In this document: one piece after another, positions 1 through 9,201 of the stretch
How positions within the stretch are numbered: position 1 is the stretch's first letter
How the letters are laid out: each line of letters starts with the position of its first letter
Origin: Candidatus Saccharimonadota bacterium
GTDB lineage: Bacteria; Patescibacteriota; Gracilibacteria; UBA1369; 2-02-FULL-48-14
Direction: 5' to 3'
Length of the DNA stretch: 32,000 nt
NCBI GenBank assembly: GCA_965230905.1
Contig: OZ246396.1
Location: 1,274,354-1,306,353, forward strand
Made by a program: the position numbers and the translations under genes
Notes under the pieces: model-generated
What the model was told of the DNA's origin: nothing
The model's input: the letters and a program-made list of their open reading frames with translations, nothing else
Database searches by the model: none

Positions 1-1334
1 TGTTGAGCGCGGTCCATGATGCGCCAAGCTGCAAAAATTTCTTCGAAGTTCAGGAAGAGGCCGCGCTTGCCGTCCACTACGTCGAGGAGCAGGCGTCCGT
101 GTTCACCGAGGCAATCGCCGCTGCAATAAATGGGGCGGCCGGTGGTGAGTTCGTGGAAGTCGAAGGTCTTGCCGCCGAGCTTGGTGAGCAAATGGAATTC
201 AATTTTTTCGTAGGGTTGGAGCTGAATCACAATGCGGTTCGGCGGAAGATCCGGCTGATTTTTTTGCACCTTATGCGGCTTGAATTCCAGCACCACGGCA
301 GTCCACTTTTTCTTCAAACATTTTCCACTGCGAATGTAGAGCGGCACGTCCTTCCAGAGTGGATGTTTGATTCGGAGTTTGAGCGCGGCGTAGGTTTCGG
401 TTTGAGAATTTGCCGGAATATCTTTGGTTTTGTTGTAGCCTTTGTACTGGCCGCGCACGATGGATTCGTGGGGTTTATCCAGACGCAGTGAACTCAGCAC
501 TCGAGCCTTTTCGTGATGAATGGCCTCCCCCGTTTGTTCCTTGGGCGCGTACATGGTGAGGTACGCGATGATTTGCAAAAGATGCGACTGCACCATGTCA
601 CGCAGAATTCCGACGTTATCAAAATAATTGGCGCGGCCTTCGATGTCTTTTTCTTCCAGCGCGGAGATTTGGATATTGCTCACGTACTCGCGGCTGAATA
701 AATTGGTGAGAATGGAATTGGCGTAGCGCAGCGAAAGCAGATTGCTCACCGCTTCTTTGCCGAGGTAATGATCGAGCAAATAAACCTGTTCGGGCTTGAA
801 ATGTTTGTCGAGTTTTTTCTTGAGTTTTTTGGCGGAGCTGAGGTCGTAGCCGAAGGGTTTTTCTATAACGAGACGGAGTGCGCAACGCTTGGTGTTGAAG
901 TTCACGCGCGCGAGATTTGTGAAAATCTCTGGGAAGACGGAGGGCGGCACGGAGAAGTAAGCCATGCGCACGCGGTCCGGCGTTTCTTCAATTTCTCGCA
1001 AGCGCTTAAGGAAGTTTTTGTAGTCGGCCTCGCTGTCGTAGGCGCCGGAAAAATAAAATACATTGGCTAGGAGTTTTTTGAGCGCGGCTTCGTCCACATT
1101 TTTCTCACTTTTGCGAATGGATTTTTCAAAAAGTTTTCGGAAGGCGGCGTCCTCCATGGGCGTGCGAGCGTAACCCACAATCTTAAAATCCTTGGGCATG
1201 CGGCCTTCTTTCACCAGTTCGTAAATGGACGGAAAAAGTTTCAGCTGCGCCAGCGAACCGGACGCTCCAAAAATGAAGATCGTGAAATTGTGCGCGGCGG
1301 TTTGAAAAGTAGCTGCTGGGGATTTTTTTTTCAT
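1..1334 (-). CDS. zwf: glucose-6-phosphate dehydrogenase; the C-terminal part lies beyond the left window edge
   Basis: Absent from the supplied ORF track because no stop falls inside the window. Minus-strand translation from the ATG at 1334-1332 reads MKKKSPAATFQTAAHNFTIFIFGASGSLAQLKLFPSIYEL... It contains the GASG-x-LA dinucleotide-binding N-terminus, EKPFG and DHYLGKE, all G6PD hallmarks. The start overlaps the gnd stop in ATGA (1331-1334). Confidence 0.9.
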   Translation of the reverse strand, partial: MKKKSPAATFQTAAHNFTIFIFGASGSLAQLKLFPSIYELVKEGRMPKDFKIVGYARTPMEDAAFRKLFEKSIRKSEKNVDEAALKKLLANVFYFSGAYDSEADYKNFLKRLREIEETPDRVRMAYFSVPPSVFPEIFTNLARVNFNTKRCALRLVIEKPFGYDLSSAKKLKKKLDKHFKPEQVYLLDHYLGKEAVSNLLSLRYANSILTNLFSREYVSNIQISALEEKDIEGRANYFDNVGILRDMVQSHLLQIIAYLTMYAPKEQTGEAIHHEKARVLSSLRLDKPHESIVRGQYKGYNKTKDIPANSQTETYAALKLRIKHPLWKDVPLYIRSGKCLKKKWTAVVLEFKPHKVQKNQPDLPPNRIVIQLQPYEKIEFHLLTKLGGKTFDFHELTTGRPIYCSGDCLGEHGRLLLDVVDGKRGLFLNFEEIFAAWRIMDRAQ

Positions 1335-2719
1335 GGCCACACGGTGTGAAATTCACCTTCTTGATCGACGCGTTCATAGCCGTGCGAACCAAAACGGTCA
1401 CGCAGGCCTTGGATGAAATTCGCGGGCAGATGCTCGCGGCGCATGCTTTCAAAATGCAGAAGCGCGCTAGAAAGAGCGGGCAACGGAATGGAGGCCTCCA
1501 CGGCCGCCGCTACGATTTTTTTCCAGCTGGGGAGCGCCGCGGTGAGCGTTTGCTCGGTCCAGAGTCCGCCGTACAAAGTTTCGGAGTGACTCAGCACACC
1601 CGCGAAGTTTTTTAAAAGACTGCAGCGGATGATGCAGCCGCCCTGCCACACACGCAGGATGTCGGCAAAGTTTAAGTTGAAACCGTATTCTTTGTTGGCC
1701 GCGGTGAGCACGGCGATGCCTTGTTCAAAGTGGGCAATGCGGGAGGCGAGCAGCGCTTTTTCTAAATGATTCACAAATTCGGAGACGAGCATTTTGGGTG
1801 CGCCGCCGGCTGCGGGATACGCCGCTGCGAGCTTGAGGCGTTTTTCTTTTTCAGCCGAAAAGGCCCGCGCGAAAACGGCATTCGCGAAAGAGGGCGCGGG
1901 CACGCCGAGGCGCAAGGCTTCTTCCGTGGTCCATCGTCCGGTTCCCTTTTGCCCGGCTCTGTCCACAATCACATCGAGCAGAAAATCTCCATCATCTTTT
2001 TTACGTAGCACGTCCACGCTTATATCCATTAGGAAAGAGCTGAGTTCGCCCTGACTCCATTTTTCAAAGATATCTCCAATTTCTTCCTGGCGCAGTTGAA
2101 AGAGCGAACGCAGTAAATCGTAGGCTTCCGAGAGCGCTTGCATCTCCGCGTACTCGATTCCGTTGTGGACCATTTTCACATAATGTCCCGCTCCCCCGTT
2201 GCCCATGTAGGCCACGCAGGCACGGCCCTCAAAATCGGCAGCGGCAATGGATTCCAAAATGGGTTTGAACTCGTCCCAGGCGTCGCGGCTTCCCCCCGGC
2301 ATGATGCTGGGACCTTTGAGCGCGCCTTCTTCCCCGCCGGAGACTCCGGTTCCCAAAAAGTGAATACCTTGTTCACCCAGTTCGCCGAGCAGTTTTTCGG
2401 TGTCTTTGTAAAAAGAATTGCCCCCTTCCAAAATGCAGTCGCCTGCACGGAGGGTTCGCTTGAGTTGGGATAAAACTTCTTCGGTTGCAGCGCCGGCCGG
2501 CACCATCAAAACAATGCGGCGTGGCGTTTCCAGGCTTTCAATAAAATCTTCAAAATTTTTGGCGCCGTAAAAAAAATCATTCCCGTGGTTTTTCAAAAAA
2601 GTCTCAACTTTTTCCTGCGTGCGATTCCACACGCTTACCTTAAAACCGTGGTTCGCAATATTCCGAGCTAGCGCAGAGCCCATGGTACCGAGACCAATAA
2701 CTCCAACTTGAGACGACAT
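1331..2719 (-). CDS. gnd: 6-phosphogluconate dehydrogenase, decarboxylating
   Basis: 462-aa ORF with an N-terminal Rossmann motif (VIGLGTMGSALARNIANHG) and the 6PGDH signature region GNGGAGHYVKMVHNGIEY. Translationally coupled to zwf. Confidence 0.92.
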   Translation of the reverse strand: MSSQVGVIGLGTMGSALARNIANHGFKVSVWNRTQEKVETFLKNHGNDFFYGAKNFEDFIESLETPRRIVLMVPAGAATEEVLSQLKRTLRAGDCILEGGNSFYKDTEKLLGELGEQGIHFLGTGVSGGEEGALKGPSIMPGGSRDAWDEFKPILESIAAADFEGRACVAYMGNGGAGHYVKMVHNGIEYAEMQALSEAYDLLRSLFQLRQEEIGDIFEKWSQGELSSFLMDISVDVLRKKDDGDFLLDVIVDRAGQKGTGRWTTEEALRLGVPAPSFANAVFARAFSAEKEKRLKLAAAYPAAGGAPKMLVSEFVNHLEKALLASRIAHFEQGIAVLTAANKEYGFNLNFADILRVWQGGCIIRCSLLKNFAGVLSHSETLYGGLWTEQTLTAALPSWKKIVAAAVEASIPLPALSSALLHFESMRREHLPANFIQGLRDRFGSHGYERVDQEGEFHTVWP

Positions 2720-2728
2720 AGGCGTGGA

Positions 2729-3412
2729 TTAAGACTGGGACGTTTCGGCTGGCGGGCCTTCAATGATTTCCGTGTCCGACTTTTCCTTGGCGGCTTCACG
2801 AAGTTTAATGAGTACACTTTGAATGCTGAGCAGAGCGACTTGGCGAATCTTGTCTTCGGAGAAATCCAAACCATGACGCTGGAAATATTCTTCGAGAGAA
2901 AATTGCAGAAGATCTAAAATAAGGGATTTGAGTTTTTGATCGGGCGTCAGCACGGTTTGCAGTGTTTTGCCGGGCAGTTTCATGCCGGAGTCCACAATGG
3001 CATTCCCCCACGCATTGAGTTCACGTTTGATTTCTTCAGGGATAAAAGCCTCGCCCGGAACAGTGGTGAGCGCAGAATTTTCGGAAGGTTCACCTCGGTC
3101 AAAATCTTTGAGAATTTCTTTTTCCATTTCTGGGTCAGCGATGGAAAGCACGGCCAGAATAAACATGCCCGGTACGTTTTCTTGCAAAAGTTTCACCACC
3201 AAAAATACGATGTCGGACTTTGCGGGATCTTTCATAAAGCGCATCAAAATTTTTGCCAGCTTGTCTTCTTGTTTCTTTTGCGCGGCCTGATTGGCGCTCA
3301 TGTTTTTAATAGCCTTTGCGCTTTCACGCATCTGCTCCTGGAACTGCTCGCGGGCTTCGGCACTGGCACCCGCGCCTTCCGTATCTAGACCAAAAAAGGA
3401 TTCTAAAGACAT
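2729..3412 (-). CDS. hypothetical protein (227 aa, helical, charged; no motif recognised)
   Basis: Long ORF in the same orientation as gnd, 9 nt upstream of it. The opposite-strand ORFs (2936..3388 and 2967..3290) look like shadows. Confidence 0.6.
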   Translation of the reverse strand: MSLESFFGLDTEGAGASAEAREQFQEQMRESAKAIKNMSANQAAQKKQEDKLAKILMRFMKDPAKSDIVFLVVKLLQENVPGMFILAVLSIADPEMEKEILKDFDRGEPSENSALTTVPGEAFIPEEIKRELNAWGNAIVDSGMKLPGKTLQTVLTPDQKLKSLILDLLQFSLEEYFQRHGLDFSEDKIRQVALLSIQSVLIKLREAAKEKSDTEIIEGPPAETSQS

Positions 3413-3418
3413 GTGAAT

Positions 3419-3682
3419 TTATTTACTAAGTTTGCGGGCGAAGAAATTGTAGAGCCAAACTAGGATATAAGCGCCTAAGAATCCATCAATGAAGCCCCAA
3501 AAGAGACCAATCACGGAACCCATTCCGGTGAGTTCGTAACCCGGATATGCGTTTGTGAATATTTCCAAAAAGCTTTCACCGTAGCCCCACTGCATCGCAA
3601 CCCAAGTTCCAATAAGAAGGGATACTCCCCAAAAGACACCTGCGGCAAGGCCTGCCGCTAAAGCATTGAGTTGGTTTTTCAT
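3419..3682 (-). CDS. small integral membrane protein (87 aa, Gly/aromatic-rich TM helices)
   Basis: ORF with hydrophobic segments (AAGLAAGVFWGVSLLIGTWVA and GSVIGLFWGFIDGFLGAYILVWLY). It lies 6 nt upstream of the next gene in the same operon. Confidence 0.6.
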   Translation of the reverse strand: MKNQLNALAAGLAAGVFWGVSLLIGTWVAMQWGYGESFLEIFTNAYPGYELTGMGSVIGLFWGFIDGFLGAYILVWLYNFFARKLSK

Positions 3683-3749
3683 ATGGCGTTTGTTAATAAA
3701 AAACTACCCGAGTAGGATAGCTTTTTTAGTGTTGAAAGGCAAAGCTGAT

Positions 3750-4031
3750 TTAAGCAGCTGCAACGATGTGCACCAAACTGTCATAGTGGGTGCTTCCATC
3801 GAACTTCTTTTGGCGCTTTTTAGTGAAGGCTACTTTTCCGTCGGTGAGAGCGTAAAGGGTCCAGTCACGTCCAGTACCAATGTTCTCACCAGGGTGCCAT
3901 TTGGTTCCCTTTTGACGAACAATGATTGAACCAGCTGTAACGAACTCTCCTGCGAAGCGCTTGATACCAAGACGTTTCGCCTGCGAATCGCGACCGTTTT
4001 TACTACTACCTCCAGCTTTTTTGGTTGACAT
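3750..4031 (-). CDS. rpmA: 50S ribosomal protein L27
   Basis: From the internal ATG (4031) the protein reads [61 protein letters not shown]. This closely parallels E. coli L27 ([28 protein letters not shown]...). The 52 upstream codons of the track ORF (to 4187) have no L27 counterpart. Confidence 0.93.
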   Translation of the reverse strand: MSTKKAGGSSKNGRDSQAKRLGIKRFAGEFVTAGSIIVRQKGTKWHPGENIGTGRDWTLYALTDGKVAFTKKRQKKFDGSTHYDSLVHIVAAA

Positions 4032-4135
4032 ATACTTTAGAGTTTTGGACGAGTGCAGAGGGATTTTAGGTGGGTTTCGCCCTTTTTGCAAGTGGATTTG
4101 ATAAAATGGAAGATTTGTGTAAACTTTGGAAAGCC

Positions 4136-5776
4136 ATGAAGAAACTCCTCGCTGCAATTCTCTTCGCCCTGCTTGTAACAAGCTCACTGGTATTTGCCTC
4201 CAGTTTTTCAGATGTTTCAGGCCACAATAATAAGGAGGCGATTGACTACCTTTATGATTTGGGGGTAGTCGAGGGTTACAACGATGGCACTTATCGCCCG
4301 AATAACACTATCAATCGGGCGGAGTTTGTTAAAATTTTGACAGAAATCGAGTATCCAAACGAAGCAACTGGTGACGGCTGTTTTTCAGATATGAGTTCAG
4401 AGTGGTACGTAAAGTACGTTTGTTATGCAGAAAGACATGGAATTGTTGATGGTTATAGCGATGGGACCTTCCGTCCAGGCAACCAGATCAATCTCGCAGA
4501 AGCTTTGAAAATTGTACTCGAAACTTATGAGTTTGATATTTGCACAACTTGTTACGAAATTTGGTACGAGTCCTACTACTGGAAAGCCTACCCATTGGGG
4601 TTACTCTCCGACATCTCAACAGTCATAAGTCATGAAGTGACTCGAGGTGAAATGGCGCAGCTGATCTATAACGTAGAAACCTACCTCACCTCAGAATATG
4701 AGGATGAGGAATTAACATTCGATGATTCGGTCAATGTAGACTCAATCCCAAATGTTGCAATCTTAGAGTTTGGTGAAGATGATGAATGTCGTTATTCAAA
4801 TGGCAATGTTCGTGGTGAATGTGTGGTCGAAAAATTCTACCAAAATCACGAAGATAATTATGACATGATTATGGTTATAGATGTTGGTGATTATGAAGGG
4901 CAGTATAATGGATGGTCCGGCAATAATGTCCAACGTTATGTGCCCACAAATTTAGGTATGGTTGAAGAATGTGGAGAGACCTGCCAGGAGGAATACCCGG
5001 AACGTCTACGACATATGCAACAGGCTGGTGATTCCTGGAAAGATTCTAATGATGTTATTTTTCTACATGAATTGGCACATTACTGGGGAGTAGCCTGGCT
5101 TTCTACTGACGAAAGTTGCTACGATGAATCTTTGGTGGAATATACCTTTGAAAATGGTCATTGGACGGAATTATTCCAGGCAGGCGGAGGCGCAAGTATC
5201 ATGGCTTATTTAATGAATGAAGTGAGCGAAGGAGATTTAAGTGGCATTCAAAAGGGTATGCTAACTGATAATAATGATGGTACGTTCTCCTTTTCTCGTG
5301 AAGACAGTCTCCAATTTAATGCGATGGATCTATATGCCATGGGTCTTATTGATGAAGAAACTTTAGAGTCAAAGGATATGTATGTTGTTTTATATCCAGA
5401 AGAGGTAGGTACTGACCTCTATTCTGGAACCAGATATGATCTAACTTTGGATGATTTTAAGAATTTATTGTTAGAAAAAGAAACCTGTGAAGATACAGGT
5501 CCAGACTATTATTACACTGGTGACGGTAGCCGTATTTTACATGAGTACGATAATGGCCAAGAGCTTGCGGAGAACTTCAAAGCTGCGATTGTACTTATAA
5601 AAGCGCCTGACCAAGAAATCACTACTTCTGATGCCTTTCAAATCTGTGAGGCAGTGAACTATAGGTGGCCAGACGCTTGGTACGAAGCCACCGATGAACG
5701 GTCTATCGTAGATCTATCTATAGAGGGCTATGTGGATGAAGAGACTTGTGAAGAAATGTTTGGGTACAATCCCTAA
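4136..5776 (+). CDS. secreted SLH-domain protein with a C-terminal HExxH (zincin-like) domain
   Basis: I prefer the start at ATG 4136 ([21 protein letters not shown] signal peptide) over 4070. Three N-terminal SLH-like repeats are present ([45 protein letters not shown]; FSDMSSEW...[25 protein letters not shown]; a third ends [12 protein letters not shown]). Later there is [10 protein letters not shown]. Confidence 0.75.
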   Translation: MKKLLAAILFALLVTSSLVFASSFSDVSGHNNKEAIDYLYDLGVVEGYNDGTYRPNNTINRAEFVKILTEIEYPNEATGDGCFSDMSSEWYVKYVCYAERHGIVDGYSDGTFRPGNQINLAEALKIVLETYEFDICTTCYEIWYESYYWKAYPLGLLSDISTVISHEVTRGEMAQLIYNVETYLTSEYEDEELTFDDSVNVDSIPNVAILEFGEDDECRYSNGNVRGECVVEKFYQNHEDNYDMIMVIDVGDYEGQYNGWSGNNVQRYVPTNLGMVEECGETCQEEYPERLRHMQQAGDSWKDSNDVIFLHELAHYWGVAWLSTDESCYDESLVEYTFENGHWTELFQAGGGASIMAYLMNEVSEGDLSGIQKGMLTDNNDGTFSFSREDSLQFNAMDLYAMGLIDEETLESKDMYVVLYPEEVGTDLYSGTRYDLTLDDFKNLLLEKETCEDTGPDYYYTGDGSRILHEYDNGQELAENFKAAIVLIKAPDQEITTSDAFQICEAVNYRWPDAWYEATDERSIVDLSIEGYVDEETCEEMFGYNP

Positions 5777-5786
5777 GTTTTGATCC

Positions 5787-6860
5787 ATGGACTTCACGCC
5801 CCAGGAACGGAGTGAAATAGCAGAGCGGCTTTTAGCGTGGTTTGGGGCCAATCAACGTCCCCTGCCCTGGCGCAAAAACTATGACCCGTATGAGGTTTGG
5901 ATTTCGGAAATCATGCTGCAGCAAACGCAGGTGGCGACCATGCTGCCTTACTTTAAGCGTTGGATGAAGGCTTTGCCGAGTATTAAGGCGGTGGCGAAGG
6001 CCAAGGAAGACGCGCTTTTGAAACTGTGGGAAGGATTGGGCTACTACAGCCGTGTGAAAAATATACAAAAAACCGCGAAAATACTGGTGGCTGAGAACGG
6101 CGGTGAGTTTTTCATCAAATATAAGGATATTGTGAAGCTGCCGGGCGTTGGGCCTTACACCGCCGGCGCCATCTGTAGCATTGCGTTTCAGCAAGATAAA
6201 CCGGTGGTGGATGGAAATGTGATCCGCGTGCTCGCCCGCCTGGCGGATTTTCGTGAGAATGCGCAGTATTTTAAACAAATGTTTTGGGACGAAGCGGAGG
6301 AATTGCTCCCCAAGGGCCGAGCTCGGGAATTCAACCAGGCCATGATGGAGTTCGGCGCGCTGGTCTGCACCAAACTGCCCAAGTGCGAGATCTGTCCGCT
6401 GAAGGATTTATGCAAGGCATATAAGGCTGGGACGCAGGATATTCTGCCGAACAAAGGTCCTTCTAAATCCAAGGTACCGATTCAAGTGGCCATTGCGGTG
6501 ATTAAAAAAGGCGGCAAGATTTTCATTCAAAAACGGGCGGAAGGTGGACTCATGGGAGGACTTTGGGAATTCCCCGGTGGAAAAGTGGAAAATGGCGAGG
6601 ACTTGGAAAATGCGCTGAAGCGCGAAATTAAGGAGGAGCTGGGCGTAAAAGTAAAGAATGTGAAGCCTTTTATGCAAATTCAGCACGCTTATACGAAGTA
6701 TTTAGTGGACTTGCGCTGCTACACCGCAGATTTTGACTCTGGAACGGTGGTTTTGGGCGCGGCTAGTGAGTTCAAGTGGGTTTTGCCGGGGAAATTAGAA
6801 GAGTTCCCCTTCCCGGCAGCGAATGTGAGGTTGATTCAAGGCTTGCTGAAGAAAGACTAG
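5787..6860 (+). CDS. mutY: A/G-specific adenine DNA glycosylase with a C-terminal MutT-like Nudix domain
   Basis: HhH-GPD region (WISEIMLQQTQV, LPGVGPYTAGAI, VDGNVIRV). 4Fe-4S loop C-x6-C-x2-C-x5-C (CTKLPKCEICPLKDLC). C-terminal GLWEFPGGKVENGEDLENALKREIKEELGV. Confidence 0.9.
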   Translation: MDFTPQERSEIAERLLAWFGANQRPLPWRKNYDPYEVWISEIMLQQTQVATMLPYFKRWMKALPSIKAVAKAKEDALLKLWEGLGYYSRVKNIQKTAKILVAENGGEFFIKYKDIVKLPGVGPYTAGAICSIAFQQDKPVVDGNVIRVLARLADFRENAQYFKQMFWDEAEELLPKGRAREFNQAMMEFGALVCTKLPKCEICPLKDLCKAYKAGTQDILPNKGPSKSKVPIQVAIAVIKKGGKIFIQKRAEGGLMGGLWEFPGGKVENGEDLENALKREIKEELGVKVKNVKPFMQIQHAYTKYLVDLRCYTADFDSGTVVLGAASEFKWVLPGKLEEFPFPAANVRLIQGLLKKD

Positions 6861-7013
6861 TCTTGCGATTTGTACCACGAGGGCACTCTGTGCACGTGCA
6901 CAAAGTCAATACAGGCGGGCTGGAATAGTTGCTTTAACATAACACATTCGCTAGACTGTCAAACTTGTGCCTTGCCCATGATCCGGCTCACCTGTTAAAA
7001 GGTGCCTCGAGGC

Positions 7014-7042
7014 TTGTAGCTTGGCACAAATTGTGCTATAAT
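7014..7042 (+). promoter_or_regulatory. candidate sigma70-type promoter for the M23 peptidase gene
   Basis: TTGTAG (7014-7019), a 17-nt spacer ending in TGC, then TATAAT (7037-7042). It sits 18 nt upstream of ATG 7060. Confidence 0.4.
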
Positions 7043-7059
7043 TATCAGATAACAAACAG

Positions 7060-8517
7060 ATGAAAAAGTTACTTTCTATCTTTATCGCGTTTGCACTTTG
7101 TTTCAGCCCTGTGGCGCTGGCCGACGAAGGACATAACGACGTGCACGTGGAAACTGAAACGCTCACGCAGGTGGTGGAACAGAGTACTTTGCTGCTCCAG
7201 CTCAAGCAAAAACTCGCGCAAATTCAGTATCGTTACACCCTGCTGGAGGAAAACGTGGAGGACGCCAAGGAAAGTTTGATTGAAATGGACGCGGCGATCA
7301 AGAACCTGGAAATGGTGATTGCGAATTTGGACGATCAGATTAAAGACAATCAACATCAAGTCACCAGTGTGAAGACGCAAAAGGAACGCAAATCGATGGA
7401 TATTGCGGATTTGGAGGAAGATGTGCAGATCTTGGAATTGCAGCTGTCGGATCAAAAGGTGCTCGTGGGCCAGCTCATGACGCTAATTTATGTGAAGCGT
7501 GACGTTTATTACGATGCCGATGGTGTGGATCCTGTGAAGGTTTTGGCGAGTCCGGACAGTGTTTCGCAGACCCTGCAAGACATCACGTATTTGGATTTGA
7601 TTGAGGCGGAAAACCAAACTCAAATCAATAAAATGACTTCGCTGAGCACCGACCTGGCGGACAAGTGGACGGAACTGCGAACGCGAAAAGCCGAGCTCGA
7701 AACCTTGGACGCTGAACTGGCCGATGAGCAAGTGAGGCTGATTGGAGAACGCACGGCTCAGCAGGAACTTTTGGATGAAACACGGGCTGAAAAGGCGGTT
7801 TTGGAGAGCATGCTTTCCACCTCCGATGAACGCGGTGAAGACCTTTTGCGCGACATTAAGATTTACGAAAACAACGTGAAGAGCATGGAGGAAAAATTGG
7901 CCAGCATGAATCTGCTGCTTACGCCCGATCAACAAACTACAGTGGCCCAGATCCAAGCCGATATGGCTGCTGACTTTGACGGCGGCGAAGCGTCTGCCTT
8001 TTTGGAACTTGATTGGCCCGTTTCCCCTGCCAGTGGGCTCACGGCTTTCTTCAATGACAGCGGCTATAAAGAACTATTCGGCGTAGGCCACGGCGCCCTC
8101 GACATTCGTGCCAAACAAGGCTCAAACATCTACGCTCCAGCCGACGGAGTGGTTACCTCGGTGATTTATGACGCGAGTTCCACGCGCTATGCCTACATTC
8201 AAATCGCGCACCGCATGGGTGTGATGACCGTGTACGGACACGTTTCCGCTACCGCGGTTGCCGCCGGTGATTACGTGACGCGTGGCCAACTCATTGGATA
8301 CACCGGGGCGATGCCGGGCTCGATTGGAGCCGGAGTGCGCACCACCGGGCCTCACCTCCACTTTGAAGTGTGGCAGGACGGAGTGCGTGTAGACCCGCTC
8401 AAATACTTGCCACTGGAAGAAGTGCCGATGGACTCCTTGCCTGAAGAATACTTGAACCAAGTTCAAGACGCCCTGGCTGACCAGATCCGGAATATTCAGG
8501 ATGCGATTGGGCTGTAA
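7060..8517 (+). CDS. secreted coiled-coil M23 family metallopeptidase (EnvC-like architecture)
   Basis: Signal peptide MKKLLSIFIAFALCFSPVALA, then a heptad-rich region of about 280 aa. The C-terminal LytM/M23 core carries HGALDIRA...YGHVSA...GPHLHFEVWQDGVRVDPLKYL. Confidence 0.85.
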   Translation: MKKLLSIFIAFALCFSPVALADEGHNDVHVETETLTQVVEQSTLLLQLKQKLAQIQYRYTLLEENVEDAKESLIEMDAAIKNLEMVIANLDDQIKDNQHQVTSVKTQKERKSMDIADLEEDVQILELQLSDQKVLVGQLMTLIYVKRDVYYDADGVDPVKVLASPDSVSQTLQDITYLDLIEAENQTQINKMTSLSTDLADKWTELRTRKAELETLDAELADEQVRLIGERTAQQELLDETRAEKAVLESMLSTSDERGEDLLRDIKIYENNVKSMEEKLASMNLLLTPDQQTTVAQIQADMAADFDGGEASAFLELDWPVSPASGLTAFFNDSGYKELFGVGHGALDIRAKQGSNIYAPADGVVTSVIYDASSTRYAYIQIAHRMGVMTVYGHVSATAVAAGDYVTRGQLIGYTGAMPGSIGAGVRTTGPHLHFEVWQDGVRVDPLKYLPLEEVPMDSLPEEYLNQVQDALADQIRNIQDAIGL

Positions 8518-8591
8518 GTAAGTGGTTAACTGGGTTGACCATGGAAAAGCAGTTTGATAAACTCTAGTTACTTTCGGGATTTTCCCGCGAC

Positions 8592-8622
8592 CCCTCCCAG
8601 AAATGGGAGGGACCTATTTTTT
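8592..8622 (+). terminator. possible terminator hairpin between the convergent M23 and mazF-like genes
   Basis: CCCTCCC (8592-8598), loop AGAAAT, GGGAGGG (8605-8611), then 5 nt and TTTTTT (8617-8622). The T-run does not abut the stem, so this is weak. Confidence 0.35.
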
Positions 8623-9013
8623 ATTGGCAAAGCTTTAGGAAACCTTCTTTCACTCGAAGGAAATCGGAATCATCAAGTTGCCCTAAATATGAAAGCACCC
8701 TTCTGTAATCAATCGAGCGAATTTGATGAAGACAGGCGGACATCTCAACTTTCTTTTGCTTAAAATTTACATACCAAGTTTCCTCGTGAATTTGAGTGGT
8801 AACTGGAATCACCAGATAAAAACCGTTGGCCACTTTTTTTAGAATAATAACTGGACGAGAAAATTTGTTATTTTTCCCATTGATCTCTGCGCCAATATTT
8901 TCACCTAAACTCGCCCACCATATTTCACCTTCAGAAACAAAGGGCGGTTTGTGAATTATTGAATGTAGTTTTTCTTTCATCCCAATCCACTCGAGGAATC
9001 TTTTAACATGCAT
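8621..9013 (-). CDS. PemK/MazF-family toxin-like endoribonuclease (solitary)
   Basis: 130 aa. GEIWWASLGENIGAEINGKNNKFSRPVIILKK...VIPVTTQ matches the MazF/PemK core pattern (I/V-W-x-x-x-x-G-x-E..., RPVLIL, hydrophobic-P-x-T). No ORF of antitoxin size lies in 9014-9200 on either strand. Confidence 0.7.
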   Translation of the reverse strand: MHVKRFLEWIGMKEKLHSIIHKPPFVSEGEIWWASLGENIGAEINGKNNKFSRPVIILKKVANGFYLVIPVTTQIHEETWYVNFKQKKVEMSACLHQIRSIDYRRVLSYLGQLDDSDFLRVKEGFLKLCQ

Positions 9014-9151
9014 AGTAAAAATTAGAGTATCTGTAACTCTACAGAATTATTTCTGAACCCGGAGGGTCACGAAGTACAAATTCCTGAAATTTTTCTGAAT
9101 TTTTAAAAAGGACGGATTGGTTTTGCACAAAGCATAAAACATCCGTAATGA

Positions 9152-9180
9152 TTGACTTTAAAGGTCAGATTGATTAAATT
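9152..9180 (+). promoter_or_regulatory. candidate promoter for tRNA-Gln
   Basis: TTGACT (9152-9157), a 17-nt spacer, then TAAATT (9175-9180). The tRNA starts at 9202. Confidence 0.35.
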
Positions 9181-9201
9181 TTCACCGCTAAGCAGATCCG
9201 T

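Noticed and set aside
3-1070. Plus-strand track ORFs 3..491, 513..701 and 768..1070
   Set aside because: They lie antisense to a continuous 444-codon minus-strand frame with clear G6PD motifs. They are shadow ORFs of GC-rich coding DNA.
3699-3728. Possible rpmA terminator (CTAC-CCGA-GTAG flanked by A and T runs)
   Set aside because: The stem is only 4 bp and the A/T-run pairing is imperfect, which is too weak to report as a feature.
4032-4187. N-terminal 52-codon extension of the L27 ORF (track ORF 3750..4187)
   Set aside because: L27 homology begins at the internal [10 protein letters not shown] (ATG 4031). The extension has no counterpart and overlaps the divergent SLH gene start region.
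6889-6902. Perfect 14-bp palindrome TGTGCACGTGCACA after mutY
   Set aside because: It is too short and has no T-run, so it is not a terminator. It occurs once, so no regulatory meaning can be argued from the sequence.
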